Of a DNA stretch of 64,000 nt, positions 18,887-27,555 are shown in pieces. The stretch is from a virus. The stretch lies in IMG/VR virus record IMGVR_UViG_3300043313_001040, positions 8,015-72,014 of that record; one strand, 5' to 3'. Each line of letters opens with the position of its first letter. Position 1 is the first letter of the stretch. The translations under genes were made by a program, and so were the position numbers. The notes beneath the pieces are model-generated. The model worked only from the letters and a program-made list of their open reading frames with translations. It had not been told where the DNA came from and searched no databases.

Positions 18887-19004
18887 AGCTATTACTTCTG
18901 CATTGGCCTTTCTAAAGGGCCGACTTGTTGTTGTTGTTACCGAATTGGCTTATGCCAACCGGACTAGAACACCGAAGGATTGAACTTCGATGCTCTGTGT
19001 CCGA

Positions 19005-19289
19005 TCAAGAACCACTTACCGGTAGGATAAATCCTACCGTTACTTCTCCGTCTTTCAGCTCTCTAAATCCGACTGCCAATACCAGGTAACGCTTGTCGTT
19101 GTAACGGATCACGTCACCCATGCTAACTGACGGAAGCTTCTGAGCCTGAATGTCGTTTTGTCCATAGTAATAAATGGTCGACAGGTTTGTTTCGGTCAGG
19201 TCGCTGACCAAGGTTACAGGGACTTCGACCTTTCGGATCTCCCCCTGGGCGAACATGTTGAGTTCGACTTCGTAGGTTATGTTTCTCAT
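19005..19289 (-). CDS. YodL-like domain protein
   Basis: PSVSMGDVI.....YLVLAVGFREL. Confidence 0.7.
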   Translation of the reverse strand: MRNITYEVELNMFAQGEIRKVEVPVTLVSDLTETNLSTIYYYGQNDIQAQKLPSVSMGDVIRYNDKRYLVLAVGFRELKDGEVTVGFILPVSGS

Positions 19290-19630
19290 TACCCGTGCAC
19301 CTCGACTTTGACTCCCGTGATCTTGGTGTAGATCTCCGCGAGGTTTTTGAACTTCTCGATGATGCTCTTGGCGTAGGGACCCGAGCGATGACGTGCCTGG
19401 ATGTAAAGATCTCCTGTGTCCTCATCCGTTTTGAGCCACCAGTCGTTCGTGCCACCGATCACGAGATCGGGACCAACTGAATCGTGATCTTCCCAGTCGG
19501 CCGGATAACAGTTCGGATGATCTGGTGATATGGCCGTCGCGAACAACAAGGCCAAGGTGACCTTGCTGAAATGCATTGCTGCTCTGAATTGCATTTCGGA
19601 AATAATGTTTCCGATTTCATTGTCTTTCAT
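19289..19630 (-). CDS. Hypothetical protein
   Basis: First ORF downstream of ncRNA; coupled to the next gene. Confidence 0.7.
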   Translation of the reverse strand: MKDNEIGNIISEMQFRAAMHFSKVTLALLFATAISPDHPNCYPADWEDHDSVGPDLVIGGTNDWWLKTDEDTGDLYIQARHRSGPYAKSIIEKFKNLAEIYTKITGVKVEVHG

Positions 19631-19657
19631 ACTTCTGCCTTTCTACTTCTGCTTTTT

Positions 19658-19673
19658 TTGCAGCGTGCTGCAA
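19658..19673. repeat. 16-bp palindrome copy 4 (3' end of ncRNA)
   Basis: TTGCAGCGTGCTGCAA. Confidence 0.9.
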
Positions 19674-19689
19674 TCGTATGATTGCATAA

Positions 19690-20430
19690 CGACACCTGCT
19701 CCCAACACACCATTGCTGATGCGCTGGGAGCAAGCGGTCGGGTAGTTGACTGTCACTCAACTCCCGACATTGCTGATCTTGCCTACTACAGTGGGCACTC
19801 ACGGTGCTCTGCGCTTTTGCTTCTCACGCTTCACTGCTCTTCCGAGTCCGGTTGATTACGGCATACCCATACCAGGTTTGGACTGGCTTTGGTGTTGCTG
19901 GCGGTCGGCCCTCCCGGGTGACGATGCTACTCGTCCCGACACAGCTAATCCGTAATTCGGCAAGATTCTTGAATGTAATCTCCTGCACTGACCACGAACC
20001 ACTCGTGGCTGATGTTCTCTTCTGCACTCCATAGTTAACAGTCGCATATTGTTGGCGTTCAGAACTCCGATGGGAGCCAGGAAGTTTCTCTCAGGAAACC
20101 TTATCCTATCTCCATCCCGCATACTGCGGGGGCCCGGCGATGCAGTAACATCACCCGTTTAGTCTGGCCTTCATCTCGTCTGTGTGCCATTTTAGCGGAA
20201 CACTCCACTTCAGAGATTACACTTTTTAGGAACCATCGTCAGCTACAGTCATATGAATTCAGGATGCGCGTCTACTCGCTAAGCGCCTCTCCGTGGAGTC
20301 TCCGGGCGTCTGCCGGTTAGACCTTTATAGGACAAGGTTATGCCTAGCGAAGTGATCCGAGTTACTCCGGGTTCACTTGCTACTCGCTAACATCCTGAAT
20401 GACCATCAATGGTGACGACCATCCCTAATT
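19690..20430 (-). ncRNA. Large ornate structured ncRNA (about 740 nt; GOLLD/ROOL-class candidate or new class)
   Basis: Gene-free gap; nested long-range helices 20413-20428/20226-20241, 20391-20400/20257-20266, 20212-20222/19973-19983, 19950-19956/19855-19861; 18-bp GCAA-capped hairpin 19695-19734 whose G-U pairs fix the minus strand. Confidence 0.8.
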
Positions 20431-20433
20431 AAA

Positions 20434-20466
20434 TTTTCAAAGAACTGGCGATGTCCGAGAACATCG
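20434..20466 (-). promoter_or_regulatory. rrn-like boxB hairpin plus boxA (GTTCTTTGAAAA) antitermination element
   Basis: Hairpin CGATGT/ACATCG followed by GTTCTTTGAAAA just 5' of the ncRNA. Confidence 0.6.
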
Positions 20467-20486
20467 TCTGCTACCTATGCAAAACG

Positions 20487-20513
20487 AAAAAAGGCCAAGG
20501 TTTCCCCTGGCCT
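20487..20513 (-). terminator. Rho-independent terminator downstream of terS
   Basis: AGGCCAGGGG-AAA-CCTTGGCCT followed by T-tract. Confidence 0.65.
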
Positions 20514-20593
20514 ACTCGTATTATGCATACTAAGACAAAATTAAAAAAAATTTTGCCTTGATCCGGCCCAAAAACCGGTCTGAAAAAAACGAC

Positions 20594-21172
20594 CTAAACT
20601 TTGGAGGTCGGCCACTCCTTCTCGTGAATCGCGATTAAAGCTTCGTCGACTGCTTCACGCAGGAGCAGCTCGATCTCTTCCTTGGGACGCATCTCAACAA
20701 CCGGTGCCATCTTTGACGGCAGCGACAGCATGATTGTGCGGACCGCTGTCATCGCCTTGGAGACCCACAGCTTGCAGTCGTCGTTCGTGTGGTATTGGCC
20801 GAGCCGAATCTTTTGCTCCAGCTCCAGGCGCTCGCATACTGCAGTAAGTTTTCGAATCTCCAGCTCTGACTTCATCGGAGACGGCGGCTCGCTTCCGCCT
20901 AACGAACTAACCTTGCCGGTCTCGTCCATCCAGGCTTTCCATGCGAGCACGTTGTAGAGGCCCTTTCTTCGCCCCGGGCATCCGCTCTCACGTGTCCAGC
21001 GATTCACCGTTTCACGCGCGATCCCCAGCGCGTCGGCCAGGTCTTGCTGGGTGCTAACAAAACTTTCCTCATCGTCTTCGCTCTCCGTCATCTTGGCCAA
21101 ATCAGCGTCCGACATCTTCACGTCCTTCATCGCTTTACGAAGGCGCTTGCTTGTTGCTTCTTTTGTGGGCAT
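20594..21172 (-). CDS. terS: Terminase small subunit (Nu1-like)
   Basis: wHTH TQQDLADALGIARETVNRW...GCP, coiled coil, MLSLPSKMAP. Confidence 0.8.
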   Translation of the reverse strand: MPTKEATSKRLRKAMKDVKMSDADLAKMTESEDDEESFVSTQQDLADALGIARETVNRWTRESGCPGRRKGLYNVLAWKAWMDETGKVSSLGGSEPPSPMKSELEIRKLTAVCERLELEQKIRLGQYHTNDDCKLWVSKAMTAVRTIMLSLPSKMAPVVEMRPKEEIELLLREAVDEALIAIHEKEWPTSKV

Positions 21173-21190
21173 ACGTTATGTCTTACGCCA

Positions 21191-22996
21191 ATGGATATTA
21201 TCGAGCAAGCTATTCGTGACGCTTGCACTCCAGCAGATAGACGGCCGCCGTGGAAATGGGCCGAGGATTATTGTTACGTCGCGACCTCACCGTTCCCCGG
21301 CAAATGGCGCTCTGATAACTCGCCCTGGGTAAAGGAACTCATGGAGTCCTTCGCTGATGGTGTCGTTAAAACGATCTCGGTCATGTGCTCTGCTCAGTCG
21401 GCCAAGACTGAGACCATGCTCGTCATGCTGAACTGGATCATCAGCGAAGATCCAGGCCCGACCATGTGGGTCACGAGTAACGACGACGAAGCCCTCAAGT
21501 TCTGCATCGAGCGGCTCATGCCGACTCTCAACTCATGCGACAAAGTTCGCGAGCTGATGCCGAAGAATCTGACCGGCTCCATCGACCGCAGAAAAGCCAA
21601 GGCACAGGAGATTCACTTCCCCCGAATGACGCTGGAAGTTATCGGCTCCAACTCCGAGTCGAAGCTGCAGTCTAAGCCGCGCCGCTGGCTACTGATGGAC
21701 GAGGTTCGCAACTGGCCGGATGGCGCACTGCCGATGGTGCTCAAACGAACCCGCGCCTATTACAACGCCAAGCGCATCATCATCTCGACGCCCAAAGATC
21801 AGCATGATGCGGTGCACCAGAACTTCATCCAGGGCGACCAGAGGCATTGGCACATTTCGTGCCCCAAGTGCGGTCATGATCAGGTAATGACCTGGGAAAA
21901 AATTAAGTGGGACGAAAACGGGGTCACAAGGCCTAACGGATTGTGGGACTTCGATGAGATGGCTAAGACCATCCGCTTCGAATGCGAGAAGAACAAATGC
22001 CAGATTACGGACAACCCCGTCGACCGCCGACACTTCGCTCGTAACGGAAAGTGGGTGCCGCACAACCGGCTGGCTCCAAAACACTATAGGTCCTACTGCT
22101 GGAATGCGCTGATCCCAACCTGGGTTCGCTGGCGCGATCTCGTGGAGGAATTCATCAATGCGAACAAAGCTCTGTCATGGGGGGACCCGGAGCCGCTCAA
22201 GACCTTCGTGAACGAAACACTGGGCGAACCGTGGGAAGATCGTATGCAATGGGGCGATGATTCCGCATACTTGGAAGCTCGCAAGGCCGACTACCGCATG
22301 GGCGAAGCCTGGGCCGATGAGAAGACCCGCTTCATTGGTGTCGACGTTCAGAAGGACTATCTGCGTTACGTGGTCCGCGCATTCGCTGATGGCGGCCGCT
22401 CGCGGCTCATTGACTATGGCACGCTGAAGAATTTCGATGATCTGAAGGGAAAGATCGCCGAGCTGCACGTCGACCCAGATAACGTCATCCTGGATGCGGC
22501 CCACAAGACGCCGGACGTTTATAAAGCTGTCATCGACTCCGGTTACACGTGGAAGCCGTTCTGGGGCGACGACCGCGTTTACTTTACTCTGAAGGGCGTT
22601 AAATCTGTCTGGACGGTCAACACCGTCGATCCGTTCATTGGCACCCGTTACGAGGGGCGCGCCCAGCCGATCCGGTTGTTTCACTGGAGCAATCCGTCGA
22701 TCAAGGACACGCTCATGATGATGATGCAGGGGAAATCTTCCCAGTGGGAGATCCCAAAGCACGTCGGCCAGGATTACGTCCTGGAAGTGACGGCCGAATA
22801 CCGACAGGAAGTCGTCGACCTGCGCGGACAGATTCGTTATAAATACGCCAGGAAGCGTAAGGAAAACCACGCATTCGACTGCGAGTGCATGATCCTCACG
22901 GCGGCCATCATCAACCGCCTCGTCGGTCTACCGGAACCCTTGGAGAGGGCCCCGGTAGAACCGATGGCTAAAGAGGAGACTTTCGCTGCGTTGTGA
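21191..22996 (+). CDS. terL: Terminase large subunit, GpA family
   Basis: WAE..Y..PGKW, SAQSAKTE Walker A, LMDE, ISTP, CPKC, GVDVQ RuvC-like, NHAFDC; start MDIIEQ. Confidence 0.96.
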   Translation: MDIIEQAIRDACTPADRRPPWKWAEDYCYVATSPFPGKWRSDNSPWVKELMESFADGVVKTISVMCSAQSAKTETMLVMLNWIISEDPGPTMWVTSNDDEALKFCIERLMPTLNSCDKVRELMPKNLTGSIDRRKAKAQEIHFPRMTLEVIGSNSESKLQSKPRRWLLMDEVRNWPDGALPMVLKRTRAYYNAKRIIISTPKDQHDAVHQNFIQGDQRHWHISCPKCGHDQVMTWEKIKWDENGVTRPNGLWDFDEMAKTIRFECEKNKCQITDNPVDRRHFARNGKWVPHNRLAPKHYRSYCWNALIPTWVRWRDLVEEFINANKALSWGDPEPLKTFVNETLGEPWEDRMQWGDDSAYLEARKADYRMGEAWADEKTRFIGVDVQKDYLRYVVRAFADGGRSRLIDYGTLKNFDDLKGKIAELHVDPDNVILDAAHKTPDVYKAVIDSGYTWKPFWGDDRVYFTLKGVKSVWTVNTVDPFIGTRYEGRAQPIRLFHWSNPSIKDTLMMMMQGKSSQWEIPKHVGQDYVLEVTAEYRQEVVDLRGQIRYKYARKRKENHAFDCECMILTAAIINRLVGLPEPLERAPVEPMAKEETFAAL

Positions 22997-22998
22997 AT

Positions 22999-23014
22999 TT
23001 GCAGCACGCTGCAA
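22999..23014. repeat. 16-bp palindrome copy 5 (between convergent stops)
   Basis: TTGCAGCACGCTGCAA. Confidence 0.9.
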
Positions 23015-23257
23015 TCAGCCTTCGTCGCCAACGATGTTTGCTAGACTTCGGATGAGTCGGCCGGTGATCAAAACGACGTATTTCTGACCAGCCTCGTTCT
23101 CGAACACCAGGTCAACCGTTGAGAGGTCTTCCGTGGTGCCGTGTCGAACGACATTGGCATGGTCGATCTTCGCCGCCAGGAATTCCGGTGGCCGGAATAT
23201 TGGCGCTTTGGATGGATGATCGAAGACGTTTACTTTGAGATCAGTCTGACCACTCAC
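23015..23257 (-). CDS. Hypothetical protein
   Basis: STVDLVFENEAGQKYV; coupled to upstream gene. Confidence 0.7.
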   Translation of the reverse strand: MSGQTDLKVNVFDHPSKAPIFRPPEFLAAKIDHANVVRHGTTEDLSTVDLVFENEAGQKYVVLITGRLIRSLANIVGDEG

Positions 23258-23847
23258 GAGATCAGCCGGGAGTGGATGTTAGCCACACCTGAGAGCATCC
23301 GAGCACAGGTTTCTTTCCTCTCTGAAGACCAATCTTCGAGCGGTGATTGCTCGAATTCGTCGGCGAAATACCGCTCGATCTTGGCCGCCCAGGTTACGAA
23401 CGATTCCCGTTTCTCGTCCTTCTTCTTCTTCTTGGCTGGGTCGTTGTCGTCGCACAGCTTTAGGACATCGCGAATGCTCTCGCATTTCTCAATTTCCGAT
23501 GCGTGCTTTGCCATCGCCTCGCTGACCTTCATGTAATTGTAGGCCGTGCGCTGCGAGAACTCGAAGGTTTCCGCCAGCCATTCCGTGAAGTTTTTATCCT
23601 TCGGGAGCTGGACTTTCGCTGCTAGGAGAAGCTGTCCGGCGCGGGCAGCGGCGATTACCGCTCTACCCATCTGACCAATCGCCGCTTTGTGGCTCTGCTT
23701 GATTTCTTCCGTAAGGGCTTCGATGCCTTCCGGAACCTCTGAGGAGAGAAGACTTAAGTCGACTGCGGGCGCGTCCTTGGACAACCTGTCCGCTTTGGTG
23801 ATCCGACCTACGGCACCTTTGGTGCCTTTCCTTGTGAATTCTGCCAT
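23254..23847 (-). CDS. DUF3102-like DNA-binding protein
   Basis: AGQLLLAAK...FTEWL.E.FEFSQRTAYNYM. Confidence 0.75.
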   Translation of the reverse strand: MAEFTRKGTKGAVGRITKADRLSKDAPAVDLSLLSSEVPEGIEALTEEIKQSHKAAIGQMGRAVIAAARAGQLLLAAKVQLPKDKNFTEWLAETFEFSQRTAYNYMKVSEAMAKHASEIEKCESIRDVLKLCDDNDPAKKKKKDEKRESFVTWAAKIERYFADEFEQSPLEDWSSERKETCARMLSGVANIHSRLIS

Positions 23848-24284
23848 ACTAATTCTGCCCTTTCTTTTGTTGCTGCTGTTTTTTGTCTGATTCGCTCGAT
23901 CCGCTCTAGCTGGTGCTTCTTATAGCTCAGCCGAGCTTGCGGCGATTTTTGTGCCCTGGTAATGGGGAGCTGAAAGTCTTTCTGGAACTTGAGAACGTGC
24001 TTGTCGAACGCCTGTTTGCTGATCCCGTGCTTGGCGGCAAACTGGGTGTAAGAGCATCCTTGGTATAATGGAATGCCGATAGCCGCTATGGCAACATCAA
24101 TTTTGAGCCGGTAATCAGTGCTGTCGATTACCAGCGCGATGAACTTCAGCAATGCGACTGATGCCTGCATCGGCTCCGAAGAGAAGGATTCTGTCGACGG
24201 CGATTCGTCCAGGGAGTCATAATCGAACCCACAACTCGCCTGCGGATAGTCGGCGGGGTCACCGCCCTGATACGACGAATGCAT
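23808..24284 (-). CDS. HTH protein (sigma region 4-like), candidate transcription regulator
   Basis: SYTQFAAKHGISKQAFDKHV. Confidence 0.6.
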   Translation of the reverse strand: MHSSYQGGDPADYPQASCGFDYDSLDESPSTESFSSEPMQASVALLKFIALVIDSTDYRLKIDVAIAAIGIPLYQGCSYTQFAAKHGISKQAFDKHVLKFQKDFQLPITRAQKSPQARLSYKKHQLERIERIRQKTAATKERAELVWQNSQGKAPKVP

Positions 24285-24372
24285 CCGTTATGATGTTGAC
24301 ATCGCTGCGAGGGCAAGCTATTCACGAGCGATTCCGGTGTGTCAACGATTTTTTTCATAAAGACCACAATAT

Positions 24373-24618
24373 ATGGATGACTGGCTGATCATTTATCGCA
24401 CATATAGTGCCGAGGAGCTGGCCGCCGAGATTCAATTCCTCAAAGAAGAGCTGGCCAATCCTTACTCGGCCCAGGGGCTCGGTAGCCAGTCCGCCCAGCG
24501 TGATCTTAATGCTTTGAAGAACCGATTGTCGTCCGCTCTCCGGGTAGTCAGCGAGCGTGGCGGCGTTCGGCTCATCCAGGATAGTGTGGTTGATTTTAGC
24601 CGGGGACTTAACATCTAA
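24373..24618 (+). CDS. gpW-like head completion protein
   Basis: Small helix-strand-helix ORF directly upstream of a lambda portal. Confidence 0.65.
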   Translation: MDDWLIIYRTYSAEELAAEIQFLKEELANPYSAQGLGSQSAQRDLNALKNRLSSALRVVSERGGVRLIQDSVVDFSRGLNI

Positions 24619-26165
24619 TGCTTACGAAACTCGAAAGATCGGTTCACACCGCAATCGAACGGGTAATCGCTCTCGCCAGTCCGCGCGAGGCCGCTCGACG
24701 ACAATACGAACGCAAGGTTTACGAGTTCGGTTATGACGCGGCCAGTCCCGGCCGAGCCCGCCAATCAAAAGGCAGCGGACTGTGGAATGCCGCATCCGAG
24801 AATCTCCAGAACAACCGTGATCGCGTAAAGATGATGTGGGAGGTCCGCGACCTGGTTCAAAATTATTCGTTCATTAAATCCATACTGCTGAAGGAGGCAA
24901 TGTATGTCTGCGGCAAAATCCAGTATCAAGCCAACACCGGGGACCCCCAGGCCGATAGCGCCATCGAAGAATACTGGAATTACTGGTGCAAAAACTGCGA
25001 CCTCACTGGCCGCCACGTCTTCCGGCAACTCATCCAGCTCATGCACGTCGGGATGCGCCGCGATGGAGATTCCGGTTTCATCCTCGTGGCTCAAGGTCCC
25101 GACCTCAAACTTCAAACCGTCGAAGCCGACCGCATCGGTAATCCGAATCAAGCGGGAACATCTGAGCAAAACTATTTCGGCGGGATCAAGGTCAACGAGC
25201 TAGGCCAGGTTATCTATTACCGAATCTTCACCCGCAACATTCATGGACAATACTCCGATCCCACTGAGGTTCCGCCTGACAGCTTTGTTCACTATTTTGA
25301 TCCTCTCCGGAGTGACCAATACCGGGGCATCACGGCTTTCGACACCGCTATACCTCATGCGCGAGACCTCTACGAACTTCTTCAAATGGAGAAGCTTGCG
25401 GTTAAATGGGCCAGCGCCCAGACCGGCATCATCACCAAACAGGACCCATCCCTTACTGAGTGGAAGACCGGTGACCTCACGGCAAAGGGCACACCTGTCG
25501 AGTCCGTAGAAGCTGGGAAACTTCATCGACTGCTTCCAGGAGAAAATGTTACGCCTTTCCCTGGTTCGAACCGGCCAAGTGCGACATTTAATGGATTCGT
25601 TACCACTCTTGTTCGTGAAATGGCTAATGGACTGAACCTGCCGTTTTCTTTTGTTTGGGACCCAAGCACGCTCGGTGGAGCGACTGCCCGGCTGGAGTCT
25701 GCCCAAACTCAGCGTTGTTTCGCTCGTCACCAAAATCTCCTCACCGAGCAGGTGCTCGATAAGATCAAGAACGCGGTCCTCACCCGGGCTATCGCATTCA
25801 AGCTGATCCCACCAGTTCAAACCTATCGCCAGGGCATGTGGCAGTTCCCGGCGCACATCACCGCTGACGTGGGATACCAGACTCAAGCCGACCTCGCCAT
25901 GCTGTCCCAGGGCCTCAAAACTCGTTCTGACATCTACGGAGAAATGGGCCTCGACTTCGAAGAACAGACGCGCGTTCTCGCCAGCGAGATTCAGTATTAC
26001 CAGCGAATCGCAGCGGAGACCGGTGTGCCCATCGAGCTGCTCACCCAAGGCCTTCCGAATGCTTCGATGATGTTGGCCCAGATGCAGCAGGCACAGGAAG
26101 CAACCATGGCAGGCAAAAAGGCTCCAGTAATTCAGTTCCGACCCGAGTCTTCGAAGACTGGCTAG
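24618..26165 (+). CDS. Portal protein, lambda family
   Basis: YDAA, RDLVQN, CDLTGR, VEADRI, GIKVNELG, R.DQYRGI, LLPGE. Confidence 0.95.
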   Translation: MLTKLERSVHTAIERVIALASPREAARRQYERKVYEFGYDAASPGRARQSKGSGLWNAASENLQNNRDRVKMMWEVRDLVQNYSFIKSILLKEAMYVCGKIQYQANTGDPQADSAIEEYWNYWCKNCDLTGRHVFRQLIQLMHVGMRRDGDSGFILVAQGPDLKLQTVEADRIGNPNQAGTSEQNYFGGIKVNELGQVIYYRIFTRNIHGQYSDPTEVPPDSFVHYFDPLRSDQYRGITAFDTAIPHARDLYELLQMEKLAVKWASAQTGIITKQDPSLTEWKTGDLTAKGTPVESVEAGKLHRLLPGENVTPFPGSNRPSATFNGFVTTLVREMANGLNLPFSFVWDPSTLGGATARLESAQTQRCFARHQNLLTEQVLDKIKNAVLTRAIAFKLIPPVQTYRQGMWQFPAHITADVGYQTQADLAMLSQGLKTRSDIYGEMGLDFEEQTRVLASEIQYYQRIAAETGVPIELLTQGLPNASMMLAQMQQAQEATMAGKKAPVIQFRPESSKTG

Positions 26166-26166
26166 G

Positions 26167-26186
26167 TTGACGCCGTTTACAATAAC
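26167..26186 (+). promoter_or_regulatory. TTGAC[AG]-N14-ATG late element
   Basis: TTGACG ccgtttacaataac ATG. Confidence 0.6.
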
Positions 26187-27134
26187 ATGATGACCTCTGG
26201 CGGCATTCCAATCTCCGGGCCAATCGCAGCCAGGATTTTGAAGCGCGTCAAAGGTCCGCGCAAGGCAGCCAAACGTGTCGCCACCGTTTTGTCGCGCATT
26301 GTCGATCCAATGGAAATGTCGGCTATCCTCAAGACTGTCGAGTTCGCTAAATCCTGGGCAGACACAGATCCCACGAGCTGGGGGGACGTTTACGGATCGG
26401 TTAGCGAAACCGGCCGCCGCAAGCGCGGCATCGTTCATCAGGTCGTTGGTAATGCGGAATATGGTGCTCGCTGGGCCGGTGACCTTTACGACGTGTCCAG
26501 GCGCAACCGGTCCGAAAGCGGCCGAGCCGGGAAGTTTAAGATTACCGAGAACTCACCGAATACCGCCCGTATTACCGTGGGTCCTGACCAACGCGAACGT
26601 CGGAAGAAATACGTCTGGGAGCGCGTGGGGGTGCAACGGCAGATTGCAGCCGTTGGGCTGGCCGCTACTCTGGTTGGGGGTGCAAAGCTGCATCAGGTTT
26701 TAACAAAAGCTGGTGAAGGCAGCGCCCTTGTTGGCATAAAAAACATTGCCAAACGGGCGGCTTACGGAGTCCGCAGTGGCGTCAGCAAAGCGGTCGGTGG
26801 CGGCTCTATTTCAGAACCAGTTCTGGAGCATGGCCCACAGCATGTCGCTGCCCAAATGGCTGCTGATTTGGCCAGTCAAAAAGAGAAAAAATCACAGTCC
26901 GCAGCGAAGAGCATAGCTACAAAATTGACCAGGTATGGTGAAGGGTCAAAGAAGGTTCTACCCTTCAAGACTGCTACCGGGGACGTCGTTCCATCTGGAC
27001 ATCCTGAAGCCGTTGAGCCCCACTTGACACCCGATCCTAAAACTGGAGAACTGAAGCACCGTAAGAAAACTTTCCGCAAAGAAGCGTTCGACTTTCCAGG
27101 AGGCAATCCGATTCCATTTAGAAAATCCAACTAA
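26187..27134 (+). CDS. Putative internal virion protein (basic, TM-like helix, EMSA..VEF motif)
   Basis: Between portal and protease; EMSAILKTVEFAK. Confidence 0.65.
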   Translation: MMTSGGIPISGPIAARILKRVKGPRKAAKRVATVLSRIVDPMEMSAILKTVEFAKSWADTDPTSWGDVYGSVSETGRRKRGIVHQVVGNAEYGARWAGDLYDVSRRNRSESGRAGKFKITENSPNTARITVGPDQRERRKKYVWERVGVQRQIAAVGLAATLVGGAKLHQVLTKAGEGSALVGIKNIAKRAAYGVRSGVSKAVGGGSISEPVLEHGPQHVAAQMAADLASQKEKKSQSAAKSIATKLTRYGEGSKKVLPFKTATGDVVPSGHPEAVEPHLTPDPKTGELKHRKKTFRKEAFDFPGGNPIPFRKSN

Positions 27135-27135
27135 C

Positions 27136-27555
27136 ATGAACCTTACACCCAATCAGCAGAAACGTGTCGTAACTGAATTTTCGGTCCTGGAGCAACGCCT
27201 GGACATGGTGCTGTTCGCCAAACGAGACGACGACGATGATGATGGCTTTCCTTACGTGAAAACTGGCCTGGCCGGAGCTGGAGCTGCAGGTTTGGGATAC
27301 GGTGGATATGCAGTTGCCCAGCGCGGCGCTCGCGTCAATGGTGCTCCTTTACCAGGAACCGTCATGGGACCAGGCATCGGCTATGGCATGAATTCGATTC
27401 CTGGGCCAATAGGTCCTTCGGCACCAAAGGGATTTTTCAATAATCTCGGCACGGGCGCTAAAGCCGTAGGAACCGACATCGCGGAATCACCCGTGATTCG
27501 CAACCTTCGTGCCCTGCTGAAAGGCGGAGTCAGAAAAGCAGCCAAGGCCCTGTAA
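27136..27555 (+). CDS. Putative internal virion protein with Gly/Ala-rich helix
   Basis: TEFSVLEQRLDMVLFAK then GLAGAGAAGLGYGGYA. Confidence 0.65.
   Translation: MNLTPNQQKRVVTEFSVLEQRLDMVLFAKRDDDDDDGFPYVKTGLAGAGAAGLGYGGYAVAQRGARVNGAPLPGTVMGPGIGYGMNSIPGPIGPSAPKGFFNNLGTGAKAVGTDIAESPVIRNLRALLKGGVRKAAKAL

Noticed and set aside
19617-20122. Short ORFs on both strands inside the ncRNA region
   Set aside because: No RBS or CAA leaders, mutually overlapping, and the region is better explained by RNA structure
19690-20430. Group I/II intron, tmRNA, RNase P or rRNA identity for the structured RNA
   Set aside because: It does not interrupt a gene, and I could not find domain V, P7, tRNA-like ends or rRNA signature sequences by eye; a cmscan is still needed
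21044-21190. N-terminal extension of TerL given in the ORF track
   Set aside because: It overlaps terS on the opposite strand; GpA-like sequence begins at MDIIEQ (21191)
24296-24345. Face-to-face TTGACA boxes as canonical divergent sigma70 promoters
   Set aside because: Plausible location, but neither has a convincing -10 hexamer at 16-18 bp
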